This document shows positions 55,275 through 63,527 of a stretch of DNA of 64,000 bases, in pieces (the stretch's first letter is position 1; the number at the start of each line of letters is the position of its first letter). Both the position numbers and the translations under genes were made by a program. A model generated the notes under the pieces. That model was not told the origin of the DNA and ran no database searches. It worked only from the letters and a program-made list of their open reading frames with translations. Location of the stretch: positions 424,763 through 488,762 of the forward strand of contig DDTQ01000012.1 in assembly GCA_002344125.1 (NCBI GenBank). The letters run 5' to 3'. This stretch comes from Ignavibacteria bacterium UBA2360. GTDB lineage: Bacteria; Bacteroidota; Ignavibacteria; Tepidaquicellales; OLB5.

Positions 55275-55351
55275 GACTCCAGCGGAGTCAAACATTTATA
55301 GAACAATTGTAAAATAAAAAAAACGACCCCATAGGGGTCGCACTTAGAAAC
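55275..55351 (+). repeat. Two hairpin-plus-tail elements
   Basis: GACTCCAGCGGAGTCAAACATTTATAGAAC; GACCCCATAGGGGTCGCACTTAGAAAC. Confidence 0.65.
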
Positions 55352-55390
55352 TTTATTTGTCTTACTGAGTCCAATCAAAGTAATATATCA

Positions 55391-55427
55391 TTTCCCACGT
55401 TTCACATTTCACATTTCACATTTCACA
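55391..55427. repeat. 7-nt-period array (TTTCACA x4 preceded by TTTCCCACG)
   Basis: Counted directly from the sequence. Confidence 0.85.
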
Positions 55428-55599
55428 TCAATAAATTCCTCTATTAACCATTTCCTGTTTCACCTCTGGCTAGGCGATCATAACTAGAGCTGTTATTCCA
55501 AAAACAGTACCTTTAATACATTCAACTGATTATTGTATATTATTATTCAATTCTTCACAATTGTGACATTTATTTTGTAATCTTTATGAATACTTAAAT

Positions 55600-55627
55600 T
55601 TTGACATTTGAGCTTTGTCATTTGAAA
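55600..55627 (-). repeat. 7-nt-period array abutting the stop of 55635..56006 (plus strand TTTGACA TTTGAGC TTTGTCA TTTGAAA)
   Basis: Ends 7 nt from the stop codon. Confidence 0.75.
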
Positions 55628-55634
55628 TTACGCT

Positions 55635-56006
55635 TCAATAGATTCCTTTGTCCTTCATATACTGTTTCACTTCCTCATTGTTCAGGAAAACCAGTCCAAC
55701 AATACCAAATACCATACTTGCAACGTTACCTGTCAAAATTGATGCAATATCAAATATTGAGGCAAACTGAACGGAACTATATGTGCCTGAACGGTTCATT
55801 TTATTCAGTCTGTTGTAAGCAACAAAATCCATTACACATGCAATTATGTTTATTATCGGAAATGCGCCAAACAGGCACCCAAGTCCGCAGGAAATGAGAC
55901 CGCCTATGAATGTATAGCCTGTCCATCCGAAAGCGTAAAGTCCGTTTACAATACCGGATATCAGGAAAAAAGTTCTGAGTAGATTCAGCTGCTCGTTATT
56001 ATTCAT
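55635..56006 (-). CDS. Small integral membrane protein, unknown function
   Basis: 123 aa, 3-4 TM. Confidence 0.45.
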   Translation of the reverse strand: MNNNEQLNLLRTFFLISGIVNGLYAFGWTGYTFIGGLISCGLGCLFGAFPIINIIACVMDFVAYNRLNKMNRSGTYSSVQFASIFDIASILTGNVASMVFGIVGLVFLNNEEVKQYMKDKGIY

Positions 56007-56021
56007 TTTATTGTGATTGAA

Positions 56022-56279
56022 TTATAATATAAAACCTCCGGCTGCCCACCGGAAAAATCCGAATACCAGGGTTATCAGATTCAGCGCAAGGCCAATTCCC
56101 GCAAGATGCCTGTTTTGCTTTGCGTAAATATCATCCTGCAGCAGCCCTATCAGGCTTAAGATCAAACCCACAATTGCAACCGGCAGGGTTACCCAAAAAG
56201 TCCACCCCAAACATGGTATAAACCCAATGACCATTGCAATTATTACTATTATACCGATTATTAAACCTGCTTTTGTCAT
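56022..56279 (-). CDS. Small integral membrane protein, unknown function
   Basis: 85 aa, 3 TM; 4-nt overlap with the upstream gene. Confidence 0.45.
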   Translation of the reverse strand: MTKAGLIIGIIVIIAMVIGFIPCLGWTFWVTLPVAIVGLILSLIGLLQDDIYAKQNRHLAGIGLALNLITLVFGFFRWAAGGFIL

Positions 56280-56614
56280 AATTTGTTTCCTCCATATTGA
56301 AAATGATAAGATCCTTTAGAAATTAATTTTTTGATACCGTAAACCAAAAAGATCATTGTATTCACCGCAAACAAAACAAAAATAAAGAGCGAATTCCCGT
56401 TTGCAGTACTTGCCCTGTTAAAATCTCCCGATGTAATTGCGGCAAAGCCGCGTGTCATCCCGCATGCTATGCATTCTGTGTGATTTTCTGTGATATCGCT
56501 GCATATAGGGGTTTTGTTAAGCAGTAATTCATCGTTCATACTGAAGAATATAACCAGCACTGCCATTATCAGCAGACTGTAAAATAACCATGCGCTTTTA
56601 ATTGCATTTAACAT
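56276..56614 (-). CDS. DUF2752-like membrane protein
   Basis: C…C-x2-CGMTRGF motif typical of DUF2752. Confidence 0.55.
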   Translation of the reverse strand: MLNAIKSAWLFYSLLIMAVLVIFFSMNDELLLNKTPICSDITENHTECIACGMTRGFAAITSGDFNRASTANGNSLFIFVLFAVNTMIFLVYGIKKLISKGSYHFQYGGNKL

Positions 56615-56618
56615 ACTG

Positions 56619-56657
56619 TTGTTTAGATCAGATTATTGTTTAGATCAGATTATTGTT
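56619..56657. repeat. Tandem 17-nt repeat TTGTTTAGATCAGATTA x2.3
   Basis: Read directly from the sequence. Confidence 0.85.
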
Positions 56658-56683
56658 TCCGCGATAACTGAGTTTTGGTAAAT

Positions 56684-56712
56684 AAAAAAGCGCATTCATT
56701 TATGAATGCGCT
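56684..56712 (-). terminator. Rho-independent terminator
   Basis: Minus strand AGCGCATTCAT…ATGAATGCGCT followed by T6. Confidence 0.75.
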
Positions 56713-56740
56713 CCTGTAATAATATATGAAATTTCTTCTA

Positions 56741-57079
56741 TTATTTGACGAGGTTGAATTTTTCGCCGAACTGACCTATCATCGGAAGCGGTTTGCATTC
56801 ACCTTTTGAGGCATTCATCATACCCATGATCAGGAAAACGACCCATGGTATATATAAAATAAAACCTATTCCGCAGGTTATTGTACCGATTATACCCGCC
56901 AGAATATTCACTATAAGCAGAACTATTGACTGCTCTGTGTGATACATTACAAAATTATTCTTCTTCATATCATCCATTAGTAATGGAATAAAGAATACCA
57001 AATAGGCAATGATTGCCATCGTTTTTCCGTTTGCTACATCTTCCTGTGTGAAGTTAACCTGTCTTGTTGATTCTGCCAT
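56741..57079 (-). CDS. DUF4870-like membrane protein
   Basis: …MAIIAYLVFFIPLLMDD…FVMYHTEQSIVLLI…. Confidence 0.55.
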   Translation of the reverse strand: MAESTRQVNFTQEDVANGKTMAIIAYLVFFIPLLMDDMKKNNFVMYHTEQSIVLLIVNILAGIIGTITCGIGFILYIPWVVFLIMGMMNASKGECKPLPMIGQFGEKFNLVK

Positions 57080-57110
57080 TAATATTTCTCCTTATTATGC
57101 AGTATAAATT

Positions 57111-57497
57111 TTATTTTACTAAATTGAATTTTTCACCATATTCACCGATTATTGGTAACTTCTGCACTTTACCTGTTGCTGCATTTATGATACCCATAAT
57201 CATTAAGATAAAAACGAACAAACGCAACAAACCTCCAATCAGTCCACCAAAGCAAGGTATTGTAAAGCTAATTGTATTATATAACATTGAATCTATAATT
57301 CCGCCTGCAATCCAGATAACAATAGAACAAATTAATAGTATCAAACCTTGCTCTACATGAAACATTACAAATTTGTTTTCTTTTGAAGTCAGCATTGGAA
57401 TAAAAACTAAAATCCCCAAGTAAGCCAATATTGCCATTAACTTACCTGTATTCTTATCCTGGTCTGTAATCTGTGTCAAAACTGTTCTATCTGCCAT
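57111..57497 (-). CDS. DUF4870-like membrane protein (paralog)
   Basis: …MAILAYLGILVFIPMLTS…FVMFHVEQGLILLI…; same C-terminal …GE(Y/F)GEKFNLVK. Confidence 0.55.
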   Translation of the reverse strand: MADRTVLTQITDQDKNTGKLMAILAYLGILVFIPMLTSKENKFVMFHVEQGLILLICSIVIWIAGGIIDSMLYNTISFTIPCFGGLIGGLLRLFVFILMIMGIINAATGKVQKLPIIGEYGEKFNLVK

Positions 57498-57626
57498 GAA
57501 GAATTCTCCTTTAGGTTAATTATAAAAAGTGAAATTCCATTATGTCTGATTCGGTATAACCTAAAATTAAAGCCGGAAGGGAAGTATGGTAATTGTGTAT
57601 AGCGCTGATGTGTGAAAAACCGTCCG

Positions 57627-58043
57627 CTATCTGAAGATAGCCTTTATGCTGCCCCAGGTATCACGTACACTGGAAATAACATGTGTAACGGTTATTGTCT
57701 GCGAATATACATAATTGCCGTTATTATCTACTAACTTCAGCCTGTAATAATATACCGGGGCTGATGAATTCATCATGGAAGAATTATCCCTGAAATAATA
57801 ATATGAATTGCTCCCAATTGCTGTTACGCTGCCAATATTCATGTAGTTGTTTGGCTCAGATGCACTTCTTTCAATTTCAAAACGGTTCAGGTTATCCTCT
57901 GAGCCCGTCTTCCATTCCAAAAGAATTGTATCTGATTCATTTTTACCCGTAAAATATTGCAGCTCTGTTGCCGCGTAAACTACACCGGCAACTAATATAA
58001 TTAGCAGACAAGCTATACTCGCTATTTTTAGTGGCTTTTTCAT
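57627..58043 (-). CDS. Secreted hypothetical protein (Ig/FN3-like repeat; C-terminal …TWGSIKAIFR)
   Basis: Signal peptide; 138 aa. Confidence 0.45.
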   Translation of the reverse strand: MKKPLKIASIACLLIILVAGVVYAATELQYFTGKNESDTILLEWKTGSEDNLNRFEIERSASEPNNYMNIGSVTAIGSNSYYYFRDNSSMMNSSAPVYYYRLKLVDNNGNYVYSQTITVTHVISSVRDTWGSIKAIFR

Positions 58044-58195
58044 TGGAAATTATTCAAATATATATGCATTTATTAAAAAATGCAAGTATTTTACGATTAA
58101 ATATCAGTTAATTTTTCGGAAATTTTGTATGAAAAGTTTGGAAAAGTGGAAATAACAGGACTAAATACCTAATTGTGATATATTAACTGGTTAAA

Positions 58196-58262
58196 CGACC
58201 TTTTTGCCTTTTGCATTCTGCGTTTTTTGCAGTCCCGCGATTCTGCTTAGCGGGATGACTTT
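58196..58262 (-). repeat. Downstream element with GCAAAAG-type words plus hairpin TCCCGC[TAAGCAGAAT]CGCGGGA, copy 1
   Basis: About 75 percent identical by eye to 61395..61455; both lie just after minus-strand stop codons. Confidence 0.65.
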
Positions 58263-58273
58263 TGCCTGTTCAT

Positions 58274-59416
58274 CTATTCAAGTTTCTTATTAAACCTCAG
58301 CGAACTAAGCGCAAGTATAACTACCCCGAAAATAAACAAAGCAAGGAACTGATCATACAACTCACCAAAACCAACACCCTTTAATATGATCCCCCGCACA
58401 ATTGTAATGAAATAGCGAAGAGGAATAAGGTAAGTGATATACTGAACCCACATCGGCATATTTTCTATCGGAAAAGAAAAACCGCTTAAATATACCATCG
58501 GCATCATCACACCGAAAAATGAGGTCATAGTTGCCTGCTGCTGCGTTTTTGAAATTGTTGAAACGAACAAACCCAATCCCAATGTTGAAAGCATAAACAG
58601 GAACGCGGATAAATAAAGCAGAGGTACACTGCCCTTAACATCAATCCCAAACCAATAGCGCATTACCGTCATTACAATTGTTATCGAGATGAATCCAAGT
58701 ATGGAAAAGGGTACGAGCTTGCCTATAATTATCTGGTATGATTTCAGAGGTGTAACTATCAGCTGCTCAAATGTACCGATCTCCCTTTCCTTAACTATCG
58801 CAAGTGATGTCAGATTTATCGTCACCACCATAATGAGTAAACCTACAATTCCCGGCAGCATGTAATTGCGGGTAACGAGATCCGGATTGTACTACCACGC
58901 CCGAGTTTCAGCTTCTATAACGGGAATCCTCATAACAGGCAGATTTTTTCTTCCAGAGCGTTCAATGAATTCACTCACTATGTTTGAACCGAAACTCAAA
59001 GTGATTCCCTGGGAATATCCCGCCGCTATCAGAGCCTTATTACCGTCGGAGCCGTCAAATATAGTTTGCAGCTTTGATGTTCTGCCGCTTCGCACATCTT
59101 TTTCAAAATCAGGTGGTATAATTATTGCCATTATTACCTCGCCGTTATCCAGAAGCTCCGTAATTTCACTGTAACTTGAAACATAATACTTCAAAGTAAA
59201 GTAACCTGATTTTTCATATTTCCCAAGGAACTCCCTGCTTGTTTCGCTTTTATCCTGGTCCCATACAACTGTCTTTACATCCTTCACGTCTAGCGTTGCA
59301 GCATACCCTAAAAATATAAGCTGTATAACCGGTGCAAGCAGTATAACCGCGAACATTCTCTTATCGCGCTTAAACTGCAGAAATTCTTTTTTTATGAAAT
59401 TTAATATCAGGTTCAT
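58274..59416 (-). pseudogene. ABC-2 type transporter permease interrupted by a single in-frame TAG (58892..58894)
   Basis: Track ORFs 58892..59416 and 58274..58861 are in the same frame. Junction …ETRAW*YNPDLVTRNYMLPGIVG aligns with paralog …PLFWYNPDLDTTKFLIPGLF, so TAG sits where TGG (Trp) is expected. Confidence 0.7.
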
Positions 59417-59492
59417 TATTTAAACTATATGATAAACTTCATTTGAAAACGAATTAAAATCATTAAATTTGTAGTAAATAGCTCTTGATAAT

Positions 59493-60008
59493 ATGCGATT
59501 ATTCAATTATTCAGTTGTTTTATTAATTTTCATTTTTCTGAATACTGCAATATTCACGCAGGACCCCGAAAATGGTAATTACAAAAATCTGAGCAGTATC
59601 CCATTCCGGCTTGGAGCTGAAACGGGCGCAATTTTTAGTTTTAATAGTAATGATAAATTAGTAAACCCCGCTTTGCTTGGCTTCTTTGATATCAACTTAT
59701 CAAAACGAAACATATTCCTTAAATTTGAAGGTGGAATATTTAAACGAATTAACGATAAAAATTCTGCAGCCTATGTTTCAGCAGGTTTAAATTACAAAAT
59801 ATTCAATATTAAAAAGAACAAGTTTTATCTTCATGGAGCAATTTTTGCAGCATGGAGTAAATCAGGCGGAGGAGCTTCATTTTTTCTGTCGTTCAGGCAT
59901 CTATATCCATTCAATAAAATAATTGCGTGGGTATCCAGCATTCGCTATCCATTTGGCAGATTTGACTCTGTCTTCTTGTCTACAGGATTTCAACTGTTCG
60001 CCGATTAA
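59493..60008 (+). CDS. Small predicted outer-membrane beta-barrel protein (paralog of 40580..41176), antisense inside the ABC locus
   Basis: Signal peptide; LVNPALLGFFDINLS / SAGLNYKI / SIRYPFGRF…STGFQLF. Confidence 0.5.
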   Translation: MRLFNYSVVLLIFIFLNTAIFTQDPENGNYKNLSSIPFRLGAETGAIFSFNSNDKLVNPALLGFFDINLSKRNIFLKFEGGIFKRINDKNSAAYVSAGLNYKIFNIKKNKFYLHGAIFAAWSKSGGGASFFLSFRHLYPFNKIIAWVSSIRYPFGRFDSVFLSTGFQLFAD

Positions 60009-60015
60009 TTATTTA

Positions 60016-60075
60016 TTGTTCACTAGAAAATTTCAGAGTAATTTTCGAAGTCCCGCCTTGGCGGGATTGCCATTT
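60016..60075 (-). repeat. Double-hairpin element, copy 2 (first hairpin degenerate)
   Basis: …GTAATTTTCGAAGTCCCGCCTTGGCGGGATTGCC; lies 8 nt from the stop at 60078. Confidence 0.65.
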
Positions 60076-60077
60076 GT

Positions 60078-61205
60078 TTACCCATTAGCTTTTCGCATCT
60101 TCAATGCTGCAATGCCCGTGAAAAATACCGCGAAGGCAAGCAGACTCAATATCTGTTTCCAGAATGCTTCAATTCCAACACCCTTTAAAATAATCGCTCT
60201 TAAAATAATAATGTAAAACTTAGCCGGTGTCACATTTGTAAGTATCTGAATAGGCCAGGGCATGCTTTCTATCGGAAAAATAAATCCCGAAAGTATAAAT
60301 GTAGGCAGCATTGTTGCTATAGATGCTATCTGAAAGGCCACCTGCTGCGAATCAGATACCGATGATATAAATATACCAAGGCTTAATGTGGCGATTAAAA
60401 AAATAATTGTTGTGAAAAGAAGAGTCAGGAAATTTCCCTTAATTTCCAAACCGAACGCGATATTACTTATGAACAACGTTAACACCGCGACAAATAACGC
60501 CACAACCGTATAGGGGATAGTCTTACCAAGTATCAGTTCAATTGAGCTCATAGGCGAGACCCTCAGCTGCTCCATTGAACCAAGTTCCTTTTCGCGCACA
60601 ATTGAAAGCGTTGTAAGGATCACTCCCGTCGTTATGAGTATCATGCAAAACAGACCGGGTATAAGGAATTTTGTCGTATCCAGATCAGGGTTATACCAGA
60701 ACAGCGGCTGTGGATCTATTGGTATAAATGAACTTACTCCCGTCCGTTCAAGGAATTCCTGTGTGATCCGGCTGTTATAAAATCGGGTTGCTGATGTTAC
60801 ATAATTCATTATAACCGTTGCGGTATTTCCGTCAACACCATCCACCAAAAACTGTATCTGCACATTTTTACCCGCACGCATATCCGAAGTAAAGTTCGCA
60901 GGGAAAACCATCACACATTGCGCCTTCTTTTCATCAAGCCAGCTGTTAATTTCATGTTCACTCCTTATATATCCAGCCACATTAAAGTAACTGGAGCTTT
61001 CAAGCATTGCAATGAAATCACGGGTTTCTTCTGAGTTGTCATTATTCTTCACAGCTATCTTGACATGTTTTACATCCAGCGATAGTGCATAACCAAAGAG
61101 CATCAACAGAAACACAGGGAAGAAAAATATCAGGTAAAGCGTCCTTGCGTCACGCCTTATCTGCCTGAATTCCTTCTTAACCAATGCGTATATTCTGTTT
61201 ATCAT
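60078..61205 (-). CDS. ABC-2 type transporter permease
   Basis: 375 aa; N-terminal KKEFRQIRRD, 6 TM, ABC-2 signature region. Confidence 0.85.
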   Translation of the reverse strand: MINRIYALVKKEFRQIRRDARTLYLIFFFPVFLLMLFGYALSLDVKHVKIAVKNNDNSEETRDFIAMLESSSYFNVAGYIRSEHEINSWLDEKKAQCVMVFPANFTSDMRAGKNVQIQFLVDGVDGNTATVIMNYVTSATRFYNSRITQEFLERTGVSSFIPIDPQPLFWYNPDLDTTKFLIPGLFCMILITTGVILTTLSIVREKELGSMEQLRVSPMSSIELILGKTIPYTVVALFVAVLTLFISNIAFGLEIKGNFLTLLFTTIIFLIATLSLGIFISSVSDSQQVAFQIASIATMLPTFILSGFIFPIESMPWPIQILTNVTPAKFYIIILRAIILKGVGIEAFWKQILSLLAFAVFFTGIAALKMRKANG

Positions 61206-61265
61206 TTCAATTTGCAGTTAACAATGAAGAATGATTAATTTATCAAATAGGAATAACTTTAAATT

Positions 61266-61350
61266 TTGCGAGCGCAGCGAAGCAATCTCATTTATTTTAC
61301 GAGATTGCTTCGCCCGCCCCAAAAGCTGGCGCTGCGCTTTGCGTGACAAA
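61266..61350. repeat. Long hairpin GCGAAGCAATCTC…GAGATTGCTTCGC plus flanking GC-rich arm
   Basis: The core is shared with 17070..17107. It yields the spurious ORF 61231..61425. Confidence 0.6.
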
Positions 61351-61394
61351 ATCCAATATTCAATTTCACTTAACATTTTAAACCGCATATCCGG

Positions 61395-61455
61395 ATTTTT
61401 TTGCCTTTTGCTTTCTGAGTTTTAGCAGTCCAGCGCTACTGCTTAGCTGGATTTC
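61395..61455 (-). repeat. Downstream element, copy 2 (hairpin TCCAGC[TAAGCAGTAGC]GCTGGA)
   Basis: See 58196..58262. Confidence 0.65.
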
Positions 61456-61458
61456 TTT

Positions 61459-62400
61459 TCACTCTGATTCCTTCTCCAGCAGATTTACAAATACATCTTC
61501 CAGTGAAGGAGCAATTCTCTCAATCCTGTTCACCATAATATTATTCTTCTCTAAAATACCTTCAATCTCCGTTTTCCTCTCTGCGGCATTTCCGGATTCG
61601 CTGCTCTTCAGGGTTATATGAATATACTCCCCGAAGAATGCTGTACTCTTTATCCATGGCACTTCATCCAGCACATTTATCGCAGTATCAGCAGGCCGGC
61701 ATTCTGCTTCAAAGATCGGATTGGATAAATACCTGCTCTTCAGTTCACCCGGTGATCCGCCCGCGATAATTTTTCCCGCGTCAATCATCATTATCCTGTT
61801 ACAGAACTCAGCTTCATCAAGGTAATGAGTTGTAACAAATACAGTAATCCCTTTGCTTGAAAGCTCATTGATCAGGTCCCAGAAATTTTTCCTCGAAACA
61901 GGGTCAACCCCGCCGGTAGGCTCATCCAGGAAAACTATCTTCGGTTCATGGATCACCGCGCAGCCAAGCGCAAGCCTTTGCTTAAAACCTGTTGAAAGTG
62001 TACCTGTTAACGACCTTTTCCTGTCTTCAAGTCCCGCTGTTTCAAGAACCCACTTTTTCCGCTCTTCAAATTTTTCGCCTTCAAGGCCGTAAACGCTTGC
62101 GAAAAAATTGATATTCTCTTCTATGGTCAAGTCGCTGTATAACGAGAATTTTTGTGACATATAACCGATATTCCGCTTCACCATATCCGGATCTTTGTTA
62201 ATACTGTAACCTGCCACCATAGCGTCACCGCTTGTTGATTGCAGTATAGCGCACAGCATTTTGATCGTAGTTGATTTCCCCGCGCCGTTGGCGCCCAAAA
62301 AACCGAATACCTCGCCTTCCTTCACATCAAATGAAATATTATCAACCGATGTGAACTTGCCGTACTTCTTCGTTAAATTTTTTACCTCTATGGAATTCAT
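61459..62400 (-). CDS. ABC transporter ATP-binding protein
   Basis: Walker A GANGAGKST, signature LSTGFKQRL, Walker B IVFLDEPT. Confidence 0.9.
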   Translation of the reverse strand: MNSIEVKNLTKKYGKFTSVDNISFDVKEGEVFGFLGANGAGKSTTIKMLCAILQSTSGDAMVAGYSINKDPDMVKRNIGYMSQKFSLYSDLTIEENINFFASVYGLEGEKFEERKKWVLETAGLEDRKRSLTGTLSTGFKQRLALGCAVIHEPKIVFLDEPTGGVDPVSRKNFWDLINELSSKGITVFVTTHYLDEAEFCNRIMMIDAGKIIAGGSPGELKSRYLSNPIFEAECRPADTAINVLDEVPWIKSTAFFGEYIHITLKSSESGNAAERKTEIEGILEKNNIMVNRIERIAPSLEDVFVNLLEKESE

Positions 62401-62491
62401 ATTCTTTGTAACCTTACTCCCTGCTTACTCGACTGCCGGTGCAGTTCCCCTAACAGTAGAGGAAAGAGCTATGCTGAAAATTTCCGGTATA

Positions 62492-62535
62492 TTCCCCCCT
62501 TCTCCTTTCAGGAGAAGGGGACGGGGGTTGAGGTT
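62492..62535 (+). repeat. C-arm/G-arm hairpin + GGGGGTTGAGGTTT tail element abutting the stop at 62536
   Basis: CCCCTTCTCC-TTTCA-GGAGAAGGGG-AC-GGGGGTTGAGGTTTTA; same family as 3047..3090. Confidence 0.7.
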
Positions 62536-63387
62536 TTAATTCTCCTTTAAAACATGTATAAACACATTTTCAAGCGATACCGGTTTTATCTTTTTGCTAA
62601 GGAGCTGTATATTATTTTCCTTCAGTAATGATTCTATCGATCTTAACTCATTCTCATTATTCAGCGCAATATCAATTCTATCCCCAAACAGCTGCGCTTC
62701 ATACCCGTTTTTCTGTACTATTAAGTTATATGTATCACGTAAATTCTCAGTTAAAATTTCGGCAATGATCTTATTCATAGAGCTTTTTATTTCGGCGGGG
62801 GAGTCGTTCATTAGCAATTTCCCGTTATTTATCATTGCTATCTTATTGAACCGCTCCGCTTCATCCATGTAAGGAGTTGAAATCACTATCGTAACTCCAT
62901 CATTATGCAGGTCACTCAGGATCTTCCAGAAATCGCGCCGCGAAACAGGGTCAACCCCGGTAGTCGGTTCATCCAGAAAAATGATCTTTGGCTTGTGTAT
63001 AAGCGTGCACGCCAGTGCCAGCTTTTGTTTCATACCCCCGGAAAGTTTTCCCGCAAGTCTGCCCCTGAAACTTTCAAGCCTTGTGAAATCCAGAAGCTCA
63101 TTTCTTCTGTCACTGAAATTTTTCACACCATGCAGTTCCGCGAAGAATTCGATGTTCTCATCAATGGTCAGATCCGCGTAAAGACTGAACTTCTGCGAGA
63201 GATATCCTATCTCATCCTTTATCTTACCCGTTTGCTTCAGTAAGTCAAACCCCAATATATCCGCTGTGCCGGAATCCGGCTTCAGCAGTCCGCATAGCAT
63301 CCTGATAAGCGTAGTCTTTCCCGCGCCATCCGGACCCACAATGCCGAAGACTTCTTTGGAGCCTATGGTAAATGAAATATTATCCAC
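62536..63387 (-). CDS. ABC transporter ATP-binding protein; true start probably upstream of the GTG at 63387
   Basis: Walker A GPDGAGKTT, signature LSGGMKQKL, Walker B IIFLDEPT. The reading frame stays open to 63447 and encodes the conserved first strand …AIDIKGLSKAFDTLKAVDNISF, with no ATG/GTG/TTG in that stretch. Confidence 0.85.
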   Translation of the reverse strand: MDNISFTIGSKEVFGIVGPDGAGKTTLIRMLCGLLKPDSGTADILGFDLLKQTGKIKDEIGYLSQKFSLYADLTIDENIEFFAELHGVKNFSDRRNELLDFTRLESFRGRLAGKLSGGMKQKLALACTLIHKPKIIFLDEPTTGVDPVSRRDFWKILSDLHNDGVTIVISTPYMDEAERFNKIAMINNGKLLMNDSPAEIKSSMNKIIAEILTENLRDTYNLIVQKNGYEAQLFGDRIDIALNNENELRSIESLLKENNIQLLSKKIKPVSLENVFIHVLKEN

Positions 63388-63467
63388 TGCCTTCAGCGTA
63401 TCAAAAGCCTTGCTTAATCCCTTTATATCAATCGCCTGTTTGATAGTCTAAATATTTTAATTGTATT

Positions 63468-63527
63468 TTGCTCACAAGAAAATTACGGAGTAATTTTCGA
63501 AGTCCCGCCTTGGCGGGATTGCTCATT
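63468..63527 (-). repeat. Double-hairpin element, copy 3
   Basis: TTGCTCACAAGAAAATTACGGAGTAATTTTCGAAGTCCCGCCTTGGCGGGATTGCTCATT; overlaps the HlyD stop codon (63523..63525). Confidence 0.8.

Noticed and set aside
58892-58894. Programmed recoding (pyrrolysine or suppressor read-through) at the in-frame TAG
   Set aside because: There are no pyl genes or other in-frame TAGs in this window, and the position aligns with Trp (a single TGG-to-TAG transition). A nonsense mutation or sequencing error is the simpler explanation.
61231-61425. 64-aa ORF
   Set aside because: It is a translation of the GCGAAGCAATCTC/GAGATTGCTTCGC hairpin repeat (…RDCFARPKSWRCALRDK…), a recurrent spurious peptide type.
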